Part shown: in pieces, positions 17,810 through 29,183 of the stretch
How the letters are laid out: each line of letters begins with the position of its first letter
Position numbering within the stretch: the first letter of the stretch is position 1
Translations under genes and position numbers: made by a program
DNA from: Chlamydiia bacterium
GTDB taxonomy: Bacteria; Chlamydiota; Chlamydiia; Chlamydiales; SM23-39
Reading direction: 5' to 3'
Length of the DNA stretch: 60,827 nucleotides
Assembly: GCA_016213175.1 (NCBI GenBank)
Contig: JACRBF010000029.1
Span: 1-60,827, forward strand
Notes under the pieces: model-generated
Told to the model about the DNA's origin: nothing
Seen by the model: the letters and a program-made list of their open reading frames with translations, nothing else
The model's database searches: none

Positions 17810-17837
17810 TTATGATGTGTTGTTTATGATGTGTTGT
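17810..17837. repeat. perfect 14-bp tandem duplication (ttatgatgtgttgt x2)
   Basis: 17810-17823 equals 17824-17837. It covers the GTG at 17831 that the ORF track uses as the secE start. Confidence 0.9.
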
Positions 17838-17860
17838 TAAAGATTCATGGGGGAATAGCA

Positions 17861-18082
17861 GTGTCGGCGATCGTAACAGAAAGAAAGAAGTTCTCGTACT
17901 TTCGGGAAGTAAAGAATGAACTGACGAAAGTCACTTGGACCTCTAGGCAAGAGCTTGTCTTTTGTACTAAGGCTGTGATATTTGCAACGTTCCTTTTTGG
18001 GTTTGCTATTTATTTTGTCGATTTGGGGATTCGCGGCATTCTCAATTCCGCGGGGTTTCTTTTTCAGGCGATTTTTGGGTAA
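17861..18082 (+). CDS. secE: preprotein translocase subunit SecE
   Basis: Small protein with the conserved KV.WTSRQE motif followed by one TM helix (VIFATFLFGFAIYFV). Position between tRNA-Trp and nusG. GTG 17861 has GGGGGA 6 nt upstream; the alternative start is GTG 17831. Confidence 0.75.
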   Translation: MSAIVTERKKFSYFREVKNELTKVTWTSRQELVFCTKAVIFATFLFGFAIYFVDLGIRGILNSAGFLFQAIFG

Positions 18083-18091
18083 GGAAGCAAT

Positions 18092-18637
18092 ATGCATAAA
18101 TGGTACGTTGTTCAGGTGATGTCCAGCCATGAGAGAAAGGTAAAGAAAGCTCTCGAGGAATTTCTTCACTCAAAAGGGGTGGCTGACGATATTTCTGAGA
18201 TTCTCATTCCTACAGAAAATGTGTCTGAGGTGAAGAGGGGCCAGCAAAAAATCAGCGAAAAGCGGATGTGGCCTGGGTATTTGCTCGTTAAGATGCATTT
18301 TACTGAAGATGCTTGGGCGTATGTGAAAGATACTCCTGGTGTCATCGATTTTCTTGGGGGAGAACACCCAATTCCTCTGACTGAGAAAGAGGTCTCTGAC
18401 ATCATGAAGGAGTTAGAAGATCGTCAAAAGGGGATCGTTCAAAAGCACAAGGTCGAAGTGGGCGATCGCGTAAAGATCACCGATGGCGTATTTGTGAATT
18501 TCGTTGGCACTGTTACAGAGGTCAACCATGAAAAGGGACGTCTTAGCGTGACAGTATCGATTTTCGGACGTGATACTCGTGTTGACGATCTCGAATTTTG
18601 GCAGGTGGAACAGGCTACCTCTGAGAATATGGGTTAG
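18092..18637 (+). CDS. nusG: transcription termination/antitermination factor NusG
   Basis: NGN domain (WYVVQVMSSHERKV) and KOW motif (VGDRVKITDGVFVNFVGTVTEV). Confidence 0.95.
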   Translation: MHKWYVVQVMSSHERKVKKALEEFLHSKGVADDISEILIPTENVSEVKRGQQKISEKRMWPGYLLVKMHFTEDAWAYVKDTPGVIDFLGGEHPIPLTEKEVSDIMKELEDRQKGIVQKHKVEVGDRVKITDGVFVNFVGTVTEVNHEKGRLSVTVSIFGRDTRVDDLEFWQVEQATSENMG

Positions 18638-18699
18638 AAAAATAACTATGAGGAGAGGGGGCGCGATGCCTCTTCGTTTGGACTCATAAAAGGAAAAGC

Positions 18700-19128
18700 A
18701 TGGCAAAAAAACTTGTAAAGCAGATCAAGCTGCAAATTCCGGCGGGGAAGGCTAATCCAGCTCCTCCGATCGGTCCAGCATTGGGTTCTGCCGGTATCAA
18801 TATTATGGCGTTTTGCAAAGAATTTAATGCAAAAACGCAAGACAAGGGAGGCGATATCCTTCCTGTTATTATTAGCGTCTATCAAGACAAGAGCTTTTCC
18901 TTCATCACGCTGCAGCCTCCTGTGTCGCGGCTGATTTTGAAAGAACTCGGAATTGAATCGGGATCCAAAGTGCCGAACCGCGATAAGGTGGGGAAGCTGA
19001 CCCGTTCTCAAGTTAAGAAAATTGCCAAATCGAAGATCCAGGATATGAGAGTCGTGTCTGAGGAAGCCGCTGAGATGATGGTAATGGGAACCGCCCGCTC
19101 CATGGGCGTAGATATCGTGGAGGGGTAA
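18700..19128 (+). CDS. rplK: 50S ribosomal protein L11
   Basis: [20 protein letters not shown]... is canonical L11. Confidence 0.97.
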   Translation: MAKKLVKQIKLQIPAGKANPAPPIGPALGSAGINIMAFCKEFNAKTQDKGGDILPVIISVYQDKSFSFITLQPPVSRLILKELGIESGSKVPNRDKVGKLTRSQVKKIAKSKIQDMRVVSEEAAEMMVMGTARSMGVDIVEG

Positions 19129-19129
19129 T

Positions 19130-19837
19130 ATGGCACATCGTTCAAAACGAATGAAAAAAATCGATGAAAGTGTCGATGTAAATAAAATCTATAAGCTCGA
19201 AGAGGCTGTGAGCGTACTGAAAAAGTGTCCTGCGCCGAAATTTGATCAGTCGATCAATGCTGCTTTGCGCATTGGGATCGATCCTAAAAAATCTGATCAA
19301 CAGGTGAGAGGAACTGTCTCTCTACCTCACGGAACAGGAAAAAATGTGGTTCTCGTCGTGATTGCGAAGGGCGAGAAAGCCAAAGAGGCCCTTGCTGCCG
19401 GTGCGGATTATGTCGGCGCTGACGAACTCCTTGAAAAAATCAAGGGGGGATGGACCGATTTCTCTGCATTGATCGCTACCCCGGATATGATGCGGGAGCT
19501 CGGAAAGCTCGGTAAGGTATTGGGTCCTAGGGGATTGATGCCTACGCCTAAAGCGGGCACTGTAACGACTGAAGTAGCTCAGGCCGTCAAAGAGGTAAAG
19601 GCTGGAAAAATCGAGTTTAAAGTCGATAAGACGGGTAATGTCAATAATGCGGTTGGTAAGGTCTCGTTTCATTTAGAACATTTAGTGGAAAACCTACGTG
19701 TATGGCTAGGGGCTGTCGCTAGATCAAGGCCTGCAAGCGCCAAGGGGAATTTTTTGAGAGCCTTGTACATTTCTTCAACGATGGGTCCTGGATTGAAAAT
19801 CGATCTCCAATCACTCGAACTTTCGCAGGGGGGATAA
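19130..19837 (+). CDS. rplA: 50S ribosomal protein L1
   Basis: Canonical L1 segments ([34 protein letters not shown]; [12 protein letters not shown]). Confidence 0.97.
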   Translation: MAHRSKRMKKIDESVDVNKIYKLEEAVSVLKKCPAPKFDQSINAALRIGIDPKKSDQQVRGTVSLPHGTGKNVVLVVIAKGEKAKEALAAGADYVGADELLEKIKGGWTDFSALIATPDMMRELGKLGKVLGPRGLMPTPKAGTVTTEVAQAVKEVKAGKIEFKVDKTGNVNNAVGKVSFHLEHLVENLRVWLGAVARSRPASAKGNFLRALYISSTMGPGLKIDLQSLELSQGG

Positions 19838-19841
19838 GGAT

Positions 19842-20348
19842 ATGAGACAGGAAAAAGAACTCCTATTGAACGAGATTAAAGACAAAATTGATGCTTCTAC
19901 AGCCATGATTTTGACTCGCTATGACAAACTAGCGCCGAATACCTCCTGGCAATTGCGTGACCTGCTTGCCAAGTCAGGTGGCGGTTTTGAAGTGGTTCGC
20001 AAGCGGGTATTCCTGAAAGCTGCAGAGAAAGCGGGGATCCAAATCGATGCATCGCTTTTGAAGGGGCACTTAGGAGTTGTATTCATCACGCAGCTCGATG
20101 CAATGCCTTCTGCAAAGTTGATCTATAAATTCTCAGAGGAAAATGGGAAGATCTTTGAAGTGCTTGTTGGGCAGATCGAAGGGAAAATGATCCCTGCTGC
20201 AGATTTAGAGATGTTATCTAAATTGCCAGGTATCGACGAGATGAGAGCTTCGCTCTTGGGACTATTTGTATCGCCTATGTCGCAAATGCTTGCTGTCTTA
20301 GAAGCTGTAATGGCAGAGCCGCTCTCTGTAATTGAACAAAAAAGTTAA
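19842..20348 (+). CDS. rplJ: 50S ribosomal protein L10
   Basis: 168 aa; position and sequence fit L10. Confidence 0.95.
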   Translation: MRQEKELLLNEIKDKIDASTAMILTRYDKLAPNTSWQLRDLLAKSGGGFEVVRKRVFLKAAEKAGIQIDASLLKGHLGVVFITQLDAMPSAKLIYKFSEENGKIFEVLVGQIEGKMIPAADLEMLSKLPGIDEMRASLLGLFVSPMSQMLAVLEAVMAEPLSVIEQKS

Positions 20349-20374
20349 TTGAAAGTTTTGAGGAGAATAAATCC

Positions 20375-20764
20375 ATGAGTCAACATTTAGACGAACTTGT
20401 AGAGAAGCTGAGCCTGCTCTCCGTTCTCGATATGGCAAAATTAAAAGAAAAATTGGAACATAAGTGGGGCGTAAAAGCCGCCGTTGCTGTGGCTGCTGCT
20501 CCTGCAGGAGCTGCTGCTGACGCTGCCCCTGTTGCAGAGTCGACTGAGTTTAAGGTTGTCCTCGAAGGACCAATACCGGATGATAAGAAGATCTCCGTCA
20601 TTAAAGCGGTGAGAGAAGTGACTGGTTTGGGATTGAAAGAGGCAAAAGATCTCGTTGAAGGAGCTCCGAAGGACTTGAAGGCCTCTTGCCCAAAGGCAGA
20701 AGCCGAAGAGATCAAGAAGAAGCTCACGACTGCGGGAGCAAAAGTGACGTTAAAGGGCTTGTAA
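20375..20764 (+). CDS. rplL: 50S ribosomal protein L7/L12
   Basis: Ala-rich hinge plus C-terminal domain [28 protein letters not shown]. Confidence 0.97.
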   Translation: MSQHLDELVEKLSLLSVLDMAKLKEKLEHKWGVKAAVAVAAAPAGAAADAAPVAESTEFKVVLEGPIPDDKKISVIKAVREVTGLGLKEAKDLVEGAPKDLKASCPKAEAEEIKKKLTTAGAKVTLKGL

Positions 20765-20781
20765 ATTTTTGAGTTGCCTGA

Positions 20782-20818
20782 TACGCTGCATGCGATCAAT
20801 TCAATCGCATGCAGCGTA
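20782..20818 (+). promoter_or_regulatory. 15-bp perfect stem / 7-nt loop hairpin in the rplL-rpoB spacer (attenuator/processing-site candidate)
   Basis: tacgctgcatgcgat caattca atcgcatgcagcgta. No U-tract follows. It is analogous in position to the partial terminator/RNase III site between rplL and rpoB in E. coli. Confidence 0.6.
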
Positions 20819-20897
20819 GTGTATTGAGTGTAGAAGTTACGAAAAGTGACTTCAGCTCTTGTGTTTTTTTTAAAGCAGTTTATAGGAGCGAGTGTCC

Positions 20898-23800
20898 ATG
20901 TTAAAGAAGCCCCCGAAACGGGTGAGTTTTCGCGAACGGGAAGAAATCATCGATCTTCCGAATCTGATTGAGATTCAGATTAAGTCCTATAATCAATTCC
21001 TGCAATCTCATCTTTTACCCCATGAAAGGGAGAGTGTGGGACTTCAAGAAGTGTTCAGCGAAGTCTTCCCCATCAAGTCCTATGATGAGAAAACTGTTTT
21101 GGAGTTTCTCTCCTATAACCTAGGAATTCCAAAATATTCTCCCGAGGAGTGTATTCGCCGAGGAATTACGCATAATGTCACATTGAAAGTGAAGTTCCGT
21201 CTGACGGATGAAACCGGGATCAAGGAAGAAGAGGTCTATATGGGGACGATCCCTATCATGACCGATAAAGGTACCTTCATTGTTAATGGCGCTGAACGGG
21301 TCATCGTTTCTCAATTACATCGCTCGCCGGGGATCTCTTTTGAGCAAGAGCGCCATGCTAAGGGAACGATGATTTACTCCTTTCGGATTATTCCCTACAG
21401 AGGCAGTTGGTTGGAAGCCTCATTCGATAGTAACGATCTGATTTATGTCTATATCGACCGAAAAAAACGGCGTCGTAAAATTCTTGCCTCCACATTCATC
21501 CGCACGCTGGGGTATTCGACAGATGCTGATATTCTCGAGGAGTTTTTTGAGACAGTTAAGGTGAAGGTCAAGACCGAAAAAGATTTTGTGAAGCTGGTAG
21601 GTAAGATTCTGGCGGAAGAAGTCGTAGATGAGCAGACGGGACTCGTATTCGGCAAGGCGGGAGAGAAGCTCACGACTGCAATGCTCAAGCGGATGGTGGA
21701 TGAAGGAGTTCAGGCTGTTCGCATTGCCGAAGAGGCTGATGAGACCCATCCTGTCATTAAGATGCTGGCAAAAGATCCTACCGATTCTTACGAATCGGCT
21801 CTGAAAGATTTCTACAGAAAAATCCGTCCCGGCGAACCGCCAACGCTTTCCAATGCACGTTCGACGATTATGCGCCTTTTCTTCGATCCGAAACGCTACA
21901 ATCTCGGACGCGTAGGCCGCTATAAACTGAATCGTAAATTGGGTCTCGGCACAACGGACGAAGATTTAAGCGTGGTCACTTTGCGCAAAGAGGATGTAAT
22001 TGCCGCTTTGAAGTATGTCATCCGTTTGAAGTTGGGCGATGAAAACGCGCATGTGGATGATATTGACCATTTGGGCAATCGACGTGTCCGTTCGGTGGGG
22101 GAATTGATTCAGAATCAGTGCCGCATTGGACTTGCGAGAATGGAGAAAATTATCAAGGAGAGGATGAATCTATTCGATTTTTCCTCGGATACAATGACTC
22201 CTGGAAAGATCGTTTCAGCCAAAGGGTTGGCTGGCGTCCTGAAGGATTTTTTTGGCAGGTCTCAACTTTCTCAGTTCATGGATCAGACGAATCCGATTTC
22301 GGAACTTACTCATAAACGTCGTCTTTCATGTCTTGGACCTGGCGGCTTGAATCGTGAGCGGGCAGGATTTGAAGTGCGCGACGTGCATCCATCCCACTAT
22401 GGTCGGATCTGTCCGATTGAAACGCCGGAAGGACCGAATATCGGATTGATCACATCTCTGTCTACGTTTGCAAAAATCAATGAATTCGGATTCATTGAGA
22501 CGCCTTACCGAATCGTTCGAGAAGGGGTTGTTACGGATGAGATTGAGTATATGACCGCAGATCAAGAGTCGGATTTAATCATTACTCAAGCGTCTACGGC
22601 CCTCGATAAGCATAATATGTTTGATGAAACTCTCTGCTGGGCGCATCAGCGTGGCGAGCCGATGGAGATTGAAACGTCCAAAGTGACCCACATGGATATC
22701 TCTTCGAAGCAGCTTGTTTCGATTGTTGCCGGATTGATTCCCTTTCTCGAGCATGATGATGCAAACCGCGCGCTTATGGGATCGAACATGCAAAGACAAG
22801 CGGTTCCTCTTCTGATACCAGAGGCGCCTATCGTAGGTACAGGTCTGGAAGGAAGATCTGCTAGAGACTCAGGAGCGGTTGTCGTAGCTCTCGAAGAGGG
22901 TATTGTCGAGTATGTCGATGGGTATAAGATTGTGGTTGCCCCCAAAGACAACCCATTGAATAAGCGAACCTATGTCCTCAAAAAGTTCATGCGTTCCAAT
23001 AGCGGTACCTGCATTAATCAAACGCCTCTTTGCGGGGTGGGAGATAAGATTCACGCGGGGGATGTTTTAGCAGACGGTCCTGCAACAGATAAGGGCGAAA
23101 TTGGTCTTGGGAAAAACGTGCTCGTCGCGTTTATGCCATGGTGCGGATATAACTACGAAGATGCGATTATTATTTCTGAGAAGTTGATTCGAGAGGACGC
23201 CTATACCTCCATCTATCTTGAGGAGTTCGAATTAACTGCTCGGGATACGAAATTGGGTAAAGAAGAGATCACGAAAGATATTCCGAATATCTCCGACGAG
23301 ATGTTGAAAGATCTTGGAGACGATGGAATTATCCGGATTGGCGCGCAAGTAGAGCCCGGTTCTATTCTCGTAGGGAAAATTACTCCCAAGTCGGAAACCG
23401 AACTGTCCCCTGAGGAGCGTCTTTTACGGGCCATCTTTGGTGAGAAGGCGGCGGATGTCAAGGATGCCTCCTTGACGGCTCCTCCAGGTACGGAAGGGGT
23501 AGTCATGGATGTGAAGGTCTTTTCTCGCAGGGATCGTCTCTCCAAGGCAGATGATGAGCTTGTGGAAGAGGCAACGCGTATTAAGGATATCCACTCCGAT
23601 TTCAAAACGAAGGAAGCGGAGCTCCAAATCGAGTTTCACGAAAAGCTCGGCGCTCTCCTTCTTAATGAAAAGGCGCCTGCTGCCATCATGCACAGGAAAA
23701 CGGGAGAGGTATTGGTCGAGGAGGGTCAGGCGATCACACAAGAGGTGATTGAACTTCTCGAAAGCGAAAAGGCCGAAGATTTGATGATGGCCGATAAAGA

Positions 23801-24656
23801 GATCTATGTTGAGTTGAAAAAAATTCTTCGTGATTTTGAACTTTCCTATCAAAGTCTTCAAATGCAGCATAAAACCGAGATCGAGTTTATGCGTAAAGGG
23901 GACACCGATCTTGACCCTGGCGTGATTCGTCAAGTGAAAGTTTATGTAGCGACCAAACGGAAGCTTCAGGTCGGCGATAAAATGGCTGGACGCCACGGAA
24001 ACAAGGGCGTGGTCGCGCGCTTGGTTCCTGAAGCGGATATGCCCTATCTGCCCAATGGAGAGACGATTCAGATGATCTTGAATCCGTTGGGAGTGCCCTC
24101 TCGTATGAATATGGGGCAATTGCTCGAGACTCATCTCGGGTATGCAGCCAAGAAGGCGGGGATTTATGTGAAGAGTCCTGTATTCGAAGGGTTCCCCGAA
24201 TCGAAAATTTGGGAGATGATGAAATCCCAAACGATGTTCAAAGACGGCAAAGTCCTTTTATTTGATGGAAGAAATGGAGAGCGTTTCGATAATCCAGTGG
24301 TAGTAGGCTATATCTACATGTTGAAACTCAGTCACTTGGTGGCTGATAAGATTCACGCCCGCTCGATTGGCCCTTATTCTCTAGTTACTCAACAGCCTCT
24401 CGGTGGTAAAGCCCAGATGGGGGGACAGCGTTTTGGAGAGATGGAGGTATGGGCGCTTGAAGCCTATGGAGCTGCGCACCTATTGCAAGAGATGATGACC
24501 GTAAAATCGGATGACGTTGCAGGACGTACCCGAATCTACGAATCGATTGTAAAAGGGGAAAATACGCTGGTGGCTGGAACGCCTGAATCGTTTAACGTAT
24601 TGGTGAAAGAGATGCAGGGTCTGTGCCTGGATATTCGCACCGAATTTGTTTCGTAA
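20898..24656 (+). CDS. rpoB: DNA-directed RNA polymerase subunit beta
   Basis: About 1252 aa, conserved throughout (e.g. [26 protein letters not shown]). ATG 20898 is 9 nt after the SD taggag; GTG 20892 is the ORF-track alternative. Confidence 0.98.
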   Translation: MLKKPPKRVSFREREEIIDLPNLIEIQIKSYNQFLQSHLLPHERESVGLQEVFSEVFPIKSYDEKTVLEFLSYNLGIPKYSPEECIRRGITHNVTLKVKFRLTDETGIKEEEVYMGTIPIMTDKGTFIVNGAERVIVSQLHRSPGISFEQERHAKGTMIYSFRIIPYRGSWLEASFDSNDLIYVYIDRKKRRRKILASTFIRTLGYSTDADILEEFFETVKVKVKTEKDFVKLVGKILAEEVVDEQTGLVFGKAGEKLTTAMLKRMVDEGVQAVRIAEEADETHPVIKMLAKDPTDSYESALKDFYRKIRPGEPPTLSNARSTIMRLFFDPKRYNLGRVGRYKLNRKLGLGTTDEDLSVVTLRKEDVIAALKYVIRLKLGDENAHVDDIDHLGNRRVRSVGELIQNQCRIGLARMEKIIKERMNLFDFSSDTMTPGKIVSAKGLAGVLKDFFGRSQLSQFMDQTNPISELTHKRRLSCLGPGGLNRERAGFEVRDVHPSHYGRICPIETPEGPNIGLITSLSTFAKINEFGFIETPYRIVREGVVTDEIEYMTADQESDLIITQASTALDKHNMFDETLCWAHQRGEPMEIETSKVTHMDISSKQLVSIVAGLIPFLEHDDANRALMGSNMQRQAVPLLIPEAPIVGTGLEGRSARDSGAVVVALEEGIVEYVDGYKIVVAPKDNPLNKRTYVLKKFMRSNSGTCINQTPLCGVGDKIHAGDVLADGPATDKGEIGLGKNVLVAFMPWCGYNYEDAIIISEKLIREDAYTSIYLEEFELTARDTKLGKEEITKDIPNISDEMLKDLGDDGIIRIGAQVEPGSILVGKITPKSETELSPEERLLRAIFGEKAADVKDASLTAPPGTEGVVMDVKVFSRRDRLSKADDELVEEATRIKDIHSDFKTKEAELQIEFHEKLGALLLNEKAPAAIMHRKTGEVLVEEGQAITQEVIELLESEKAEDLMMADKEIYVELKKILRDFELSYQSLQMQHKTEIEFMRKGDTDLDPGVIRQVKVYVATKRKLQVGDKMAGRHGNKGVVARLVPEADMPYLPNGETIQMILNPLGVPSRMNMGQLLETHLGYAAKKAGIYVKSPVFEGFPESKIWEMMKSQTMFKDGKVLLFDGRNGERFDNPVVVGYIYMLKLSHLVADKIHARSIGPYSLVTQQPLGGKAQMGGQRFGEMEVWALEAYGAAHLLQEMMTVKSDDVAGRTRIYESIVKGENTLVAGTPESFNVLVKEMQGLCLDIRTEFVS

Positions 24657-24713
24657 ATTAAGAACGTGTAGGCGGCTCTTTGAGAGAGCTGCCGTAATGA
24701 AAGGTTAGAGAAG

Positions 24714-27700
24714 ATGCCCCCATTTGAAGCTGATGAGGACGTAAGAGGCTCGCATTTCGATAAATTGACCATCAAGATCGCCTCCGATGAGGTGATCGGT
24801 ACGCAATGGTCACGTGGCGAGATTAAAAAGCCTGAAACGATCAATTATCGCACGTTTAAGCCTGAAAAAGGAGGCTTGTTTTGCGAGAAAATTTTCGGTC
24901 CTACTCGCGATTGGGAGTGTGCATGCGGAAAATACAAGAAGATTAAGCATAAAGGGATTGTTTGCGATCGCTGCGGTGTGGAGGTCACTCTAGCGAAGGT
25001 GCGTCGCGAGCGGATGGCTCATATCGATCTTGCAGTTCCCGTGGTTCATATCTGGTTTTTTAAAACGATGCCTTCCCGCATCGGCAATCTGTTGGGGATG
25101 TCGACAGCTGATTTAGAGCGGGTGATCTACTATGAAGAATATGTGGTTACTGATCCGGGTCGTACCGATCTTCAGAAAAAGCAAATCCTCAATGACAATG
25201 AGTTCCGTGAAGCGCAAGAAAAATGGGGTACGGATGGATTTATCGCGAAAATGGGCGGCGAGGCGATAGACCTTCTTCTTAAGAGCGAAGATCTCTCTGC
25301 TCTCGTGATCGAGCTGAAGGATAAGCTGCGCAAGACGAAGTCGATGCAAGCGCGGATGAAGCTTGCGAAACGTTTGAAAATTGTTGAGGGTTTCTCTTCT
25401 TCTACGAATAAACCCGAATGGACAGTTTTGTCTCGCGTACCTGTGATTCCGCCAGACCTCCGCCCCTTGGTTCCTTTGGATGGGGGCCGCTTTGCAACCT
25501 CTGATTTAAACGATTTGTATCGACGTGTGATCAACCGAAATAACCGACTTAAATCCATTCTCAAACTGAAGACGCCCGATGTGATCGTACGTAACGAAAA
25601 GCGGATGCTCCAAGAAGCTGTCGACGCACTTTTCGATAACGGCCGTCACGGTCATCCTGTTATGGGAGCGGGTAACCGTCCTTTGAAGGCTCTCTCGGAA
25701 ATGCTGAAGGGTAAACAGGGACGTTTCCGTCAGAACTTGCTCGGTAAACGGGTCGATTATTCTGGCCGTTCTGTGATCGTTGTAGGCCCTGAGCTGCGAT
25801 TCAACCAGTGCGGATTGCCGAAGAAAATGGCTCTCGATTTATTCGAACCGTTCATCGTGAAAAGACTGAAAGATTTAGGCTATGTCTATACAATCCGTTC
25901 TGCTAAGAAGTTGATTCAAAAGCAAGCGCCTGAGGTGTGGGATGTCTTAGAAGAGATCATCAAGGGCCATCCTGTTCTCTTGAACCGTGCGCCTACTTTG
26001 CACAGATTAGGGATTCAGGCGTTTGAACCGATTTTGATTGAGGGGAAAGCCATTCGGATTCATCCCCTTGTGACACCAGCCTTTAACGCCGACTTTGACG
26101 GTGACCAGATGGCCGTTCACGTGCCTCTTTCCATTGAGGCACAGCTCGAAGCCAAACTCTTGATGATGGCTCCTGACAATATTTTCCTCCCCTCTTCCGG
26201 CAAACCGGTGGCAGTACCTTCTCAAGATATGATCTTGGGTCTTTATTACCTCATGCACGACCCCATCGTTCTTCCTGGTAAGGAAAAAGAGCCGATCAAA
26301 GTTTTCGCCAATACTGCGGAAGTGTTGATGGCGCTCTATTCCGGAGGGAGCTACAACTGGTACGGTAAAATCGCTGATAAAGAGCCGCTTGATAATTTGG
26401 GAAGAGGCATGCGCATTCACCAAAAAATCCGGGTGCTCATCGATGGCGGCATTATCGAAACTACGCCGGGGCGAGTTGTATTCAATACGATCGTGCCGAA
26501 AGAGCTCGGGTTTCAGAATTACGTGTTGCGTAAAAAACGGCTTTCCGAGCTCGTTCTCGAATGCTACAAAAAAATTGGCCTTGAAGGGACAGTACGCTTC
26601 CTAGACAAAATGAAAAATCTCGGGTTTGCTGAAGCTACAAAAGCGGCCATTTCAATGGGCACAAGCGATGTGAAAGTGCCCGCTCACAAAAAACAGATGC
26701 TTGAAGAGGCTGCTAAACGTGTGGCAGTTGTCAAAAAGCAGTATGAGGATGGGATCATCACGGAAGGAGAGCGTCATTCGAAAATCATTAGCATTTGGAC
26801 AGAAGTATCAGATAAGCTTTCTGAGGATCTCTTCAAACTGATCTACGATACATCGAGTGGTCATTTGAACCCGCTCTATCTCATGGTCGATTCGGGGGCT
26901 AGAGGAAATAAATCCCAGGTAAAGCAGCTCGGCGCTTTGCGCGGTCTGATGGCAAAACCTTCGGGGGAGATTATCGAGTCTCCGATTACGGCGAACTTCC
27001 GCGAGGGGCTCACTGTGATGGAGTACTTCATCTCGACTCACGGAGCACGTAAAGGTCTTTCTGATACGGCCTTGAAAACGGCCGACTCGGGATATTTGAC
27101 TCGTCGTTTGGTTGACGTTGCCCAAGACGTGATTGTTACCCGTGACGATTGCGGTACTCTCAATGGCATTGAGGTAGGTTCGATCAAGCAAGGCAACGAG
27201 GAACTTCTGCCGGTCAAAGATCGAATCTATGGACGTACAGTCCTAGAAGATATTTATCAGCCTGGCGATAGCACGAAAGTGCTAGCTCGTTCTGGCGATA
27301 TCCTCACTTCTTCCCAGGCAGAGCTGATTGATGATGCTGGGATCGAGACGATCCGAATCCGTTCTGCTCTCACTTGCGAAAGTCGAAGAGGTATTTGTGC
27401 GAAGTGCTATGGCCTCAATCTTGCTACGGGCAATATCGTGGGGCTTGGAGAGGCGATCGGAATCATTGCAGCGCAGTCGATTGGCGAACCAGGAACTCAG
27501 CTTACGATGAGAACCTTCCACCTTGGGGGGATCGCATCTGCGGGCCTGAGTCCAGAATTGATCGCAGAACACGACGGAATTTTGATCTACATGGACTTGC
27601 GCGTTGTTCAGAACGAGGAAGGACATTGGCTTGCGCTCAATAAGAATGGTACATTGCGTATCGTTCGGGATGAAGGGCGTACAATTGAAGAATATAAAAA

Positions 27701-28904
27701 GCTTTTGAGCACCAAGTCGATTGAACCGCTTCAAATGTTTGCTATTGAGTTAGGGACAAAGATCCTTTGCGCTGACGGCATGAAGGTGAAGAAAAAGATC
27801 AAAGTGGGTCAGTGGGAACAGCATAGCAGCCCGATCATTTGCGAAAGACCCGGCTATGTGAAGTATGAAGATCTCGTTGAGGGAATCTCTTCACAGCGCG
27901 AAGTCAATAAGCAAACAGGGCAAGTCGAGCTGATCGTGAGGCAGCATCGAGGCGAATTGCACCCTCAAATTGCGATTTATGCCGATGCCGAAGGGGCTGA
28001 GCTGATCGGAACCTATGCAATTCCTGCAGGGGCTGTGATCACAGCACGCGAAGGGCAGTATATGTCTGCGGGCGTAGTGCTTGCGAAATTGCCCAGAGGT
28101 GCGATCAAGACGAAGGACATCACGGGGGGCTTGCCTCGCGTGGCGGAACTCGTCGAAGCGCGTCGTCCTAAAGATGCGGCAGAGATTGCTAAGTTGGATG
28201 GCGTTGTTGATTTCCGCGGAGTACAGAAAAATAAGAGGATCGTTGTTGTTCGCGATGAGGTAACGGGGATGGAAGAGGAGCATTTGATTCCTCTGACGAA
28301 GCACTTGATCGTACAGAAGGGCGACAACGTCGTGAAGGGACAGCAGCTCACAGAAGGGCTTGTCGTCTTGCAAGAAATTCTCGATATTTGCGGCGTGCGC
28401 GAACTCCAGAAATATCTCGTTAACCAGGTTCAGGAGGTGTACCGGTTGCAGGGTGTGGATATCAATGATAAACACATTGAGATTATCACGCGCCAAATGT
28501 TGCAAAAGGTACGGATTACCGATCCAGGCGATACGACGTTTCTCCACGGGGAAGATATCGATAGGAAGGTCTTCCATGAACAGAATCGGAAGACGATCGA
28601 AGAGGGTGGAAAGCCTGCGGCGGCAGCCCCTGTATTGCTCGGGATTACCCGTGCCTCTCTCGGTACTGAATCGTTTATCTCAGCCGCCTCGTTCCAAGAG
28701 ACAACCCGCGTTCTTACTGAAGCTGCCAGCGAAAGCAAGACGGACTACATGCTCGACATGAAGGCGAATTTGATTATGGGGCATATGATCCCTGGCGGTA
28801 CTGGTTATGAGTACCACAAAAGGGTCAATAAGTTCATTGAAGCGCAGACAGTAGAAGAACTCGATTTCGATTTCACCACCGAAGCTGAAAGTACGGTAGG
28901 TTAG
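24714..28904 (+). CDS. rpoC: DNA-directed RNA polymerase subunit beta-prime
   Basis: 1396 aa with a zinc-binding [20 protein letters not shown] motif and the catalytic [12 protein letters not shown]. Confidence 0.98.
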   Translation: [1396 protein letters not shown]

Positions 28905-28932
28905 AAAAGAAGGGGAGTTTTTTGAGAGACTG

Positions 28933-29169
28933 GAGGCAGTTGCAAAATTGCCTCGTCTCCGTATACCGAACGTGATTCAATAATCGGATTTGGGCTGATG
29001 TGAAAGTTCTCTAGGTTTAACGATCGTAAGTTGTCCAATATTAGAAATATGGGGGCAACTTACGATCGTTGAACCTAGAGGCTTTGACACAGCCGAAATC
29101 CCAATTCTTGAATCACGTTCGGTATAAAATCGATGATTTTGCGGGGATAAGGGGTTTTGTCACTGCCTT
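28933..29169. repeat. Family C-like palindromic element interrupted by a family B element
   Basis: 28933-28960 (gaggcagttgcaaaattgcctcgtctcc) and 29127-29169 (aaatcgatgattttgcgggg...ttttgtcactgcct) align with the reverse complement of the 8558-8672 copy (gaggcagttgcaaaactcaccgctcccag|aaaatcgatgatttt...). Confidence 0.55.
28962..29126. repeat. Family B palindromic element, long form (165 bp)
   Basis: The termini are identical or near-identical to the 14552-14630 copy. The internal nested palindrome is ctctaggtttaacgatcgtaagttg ... caacttacgatcgttgaacctagag. Confidence 0.9.
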
Positions 29170-29183
29170 TATACCAAATGGCA

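Noticed and set aside
23424-24230. 268-aa ORF antisense to rpoB
   Set aside because: It lies entirely opposite a highly conserved gene and has a skewed R/H/L/F-rich composition with no SD or motif. This is the typical shadow ORF of a long gene.
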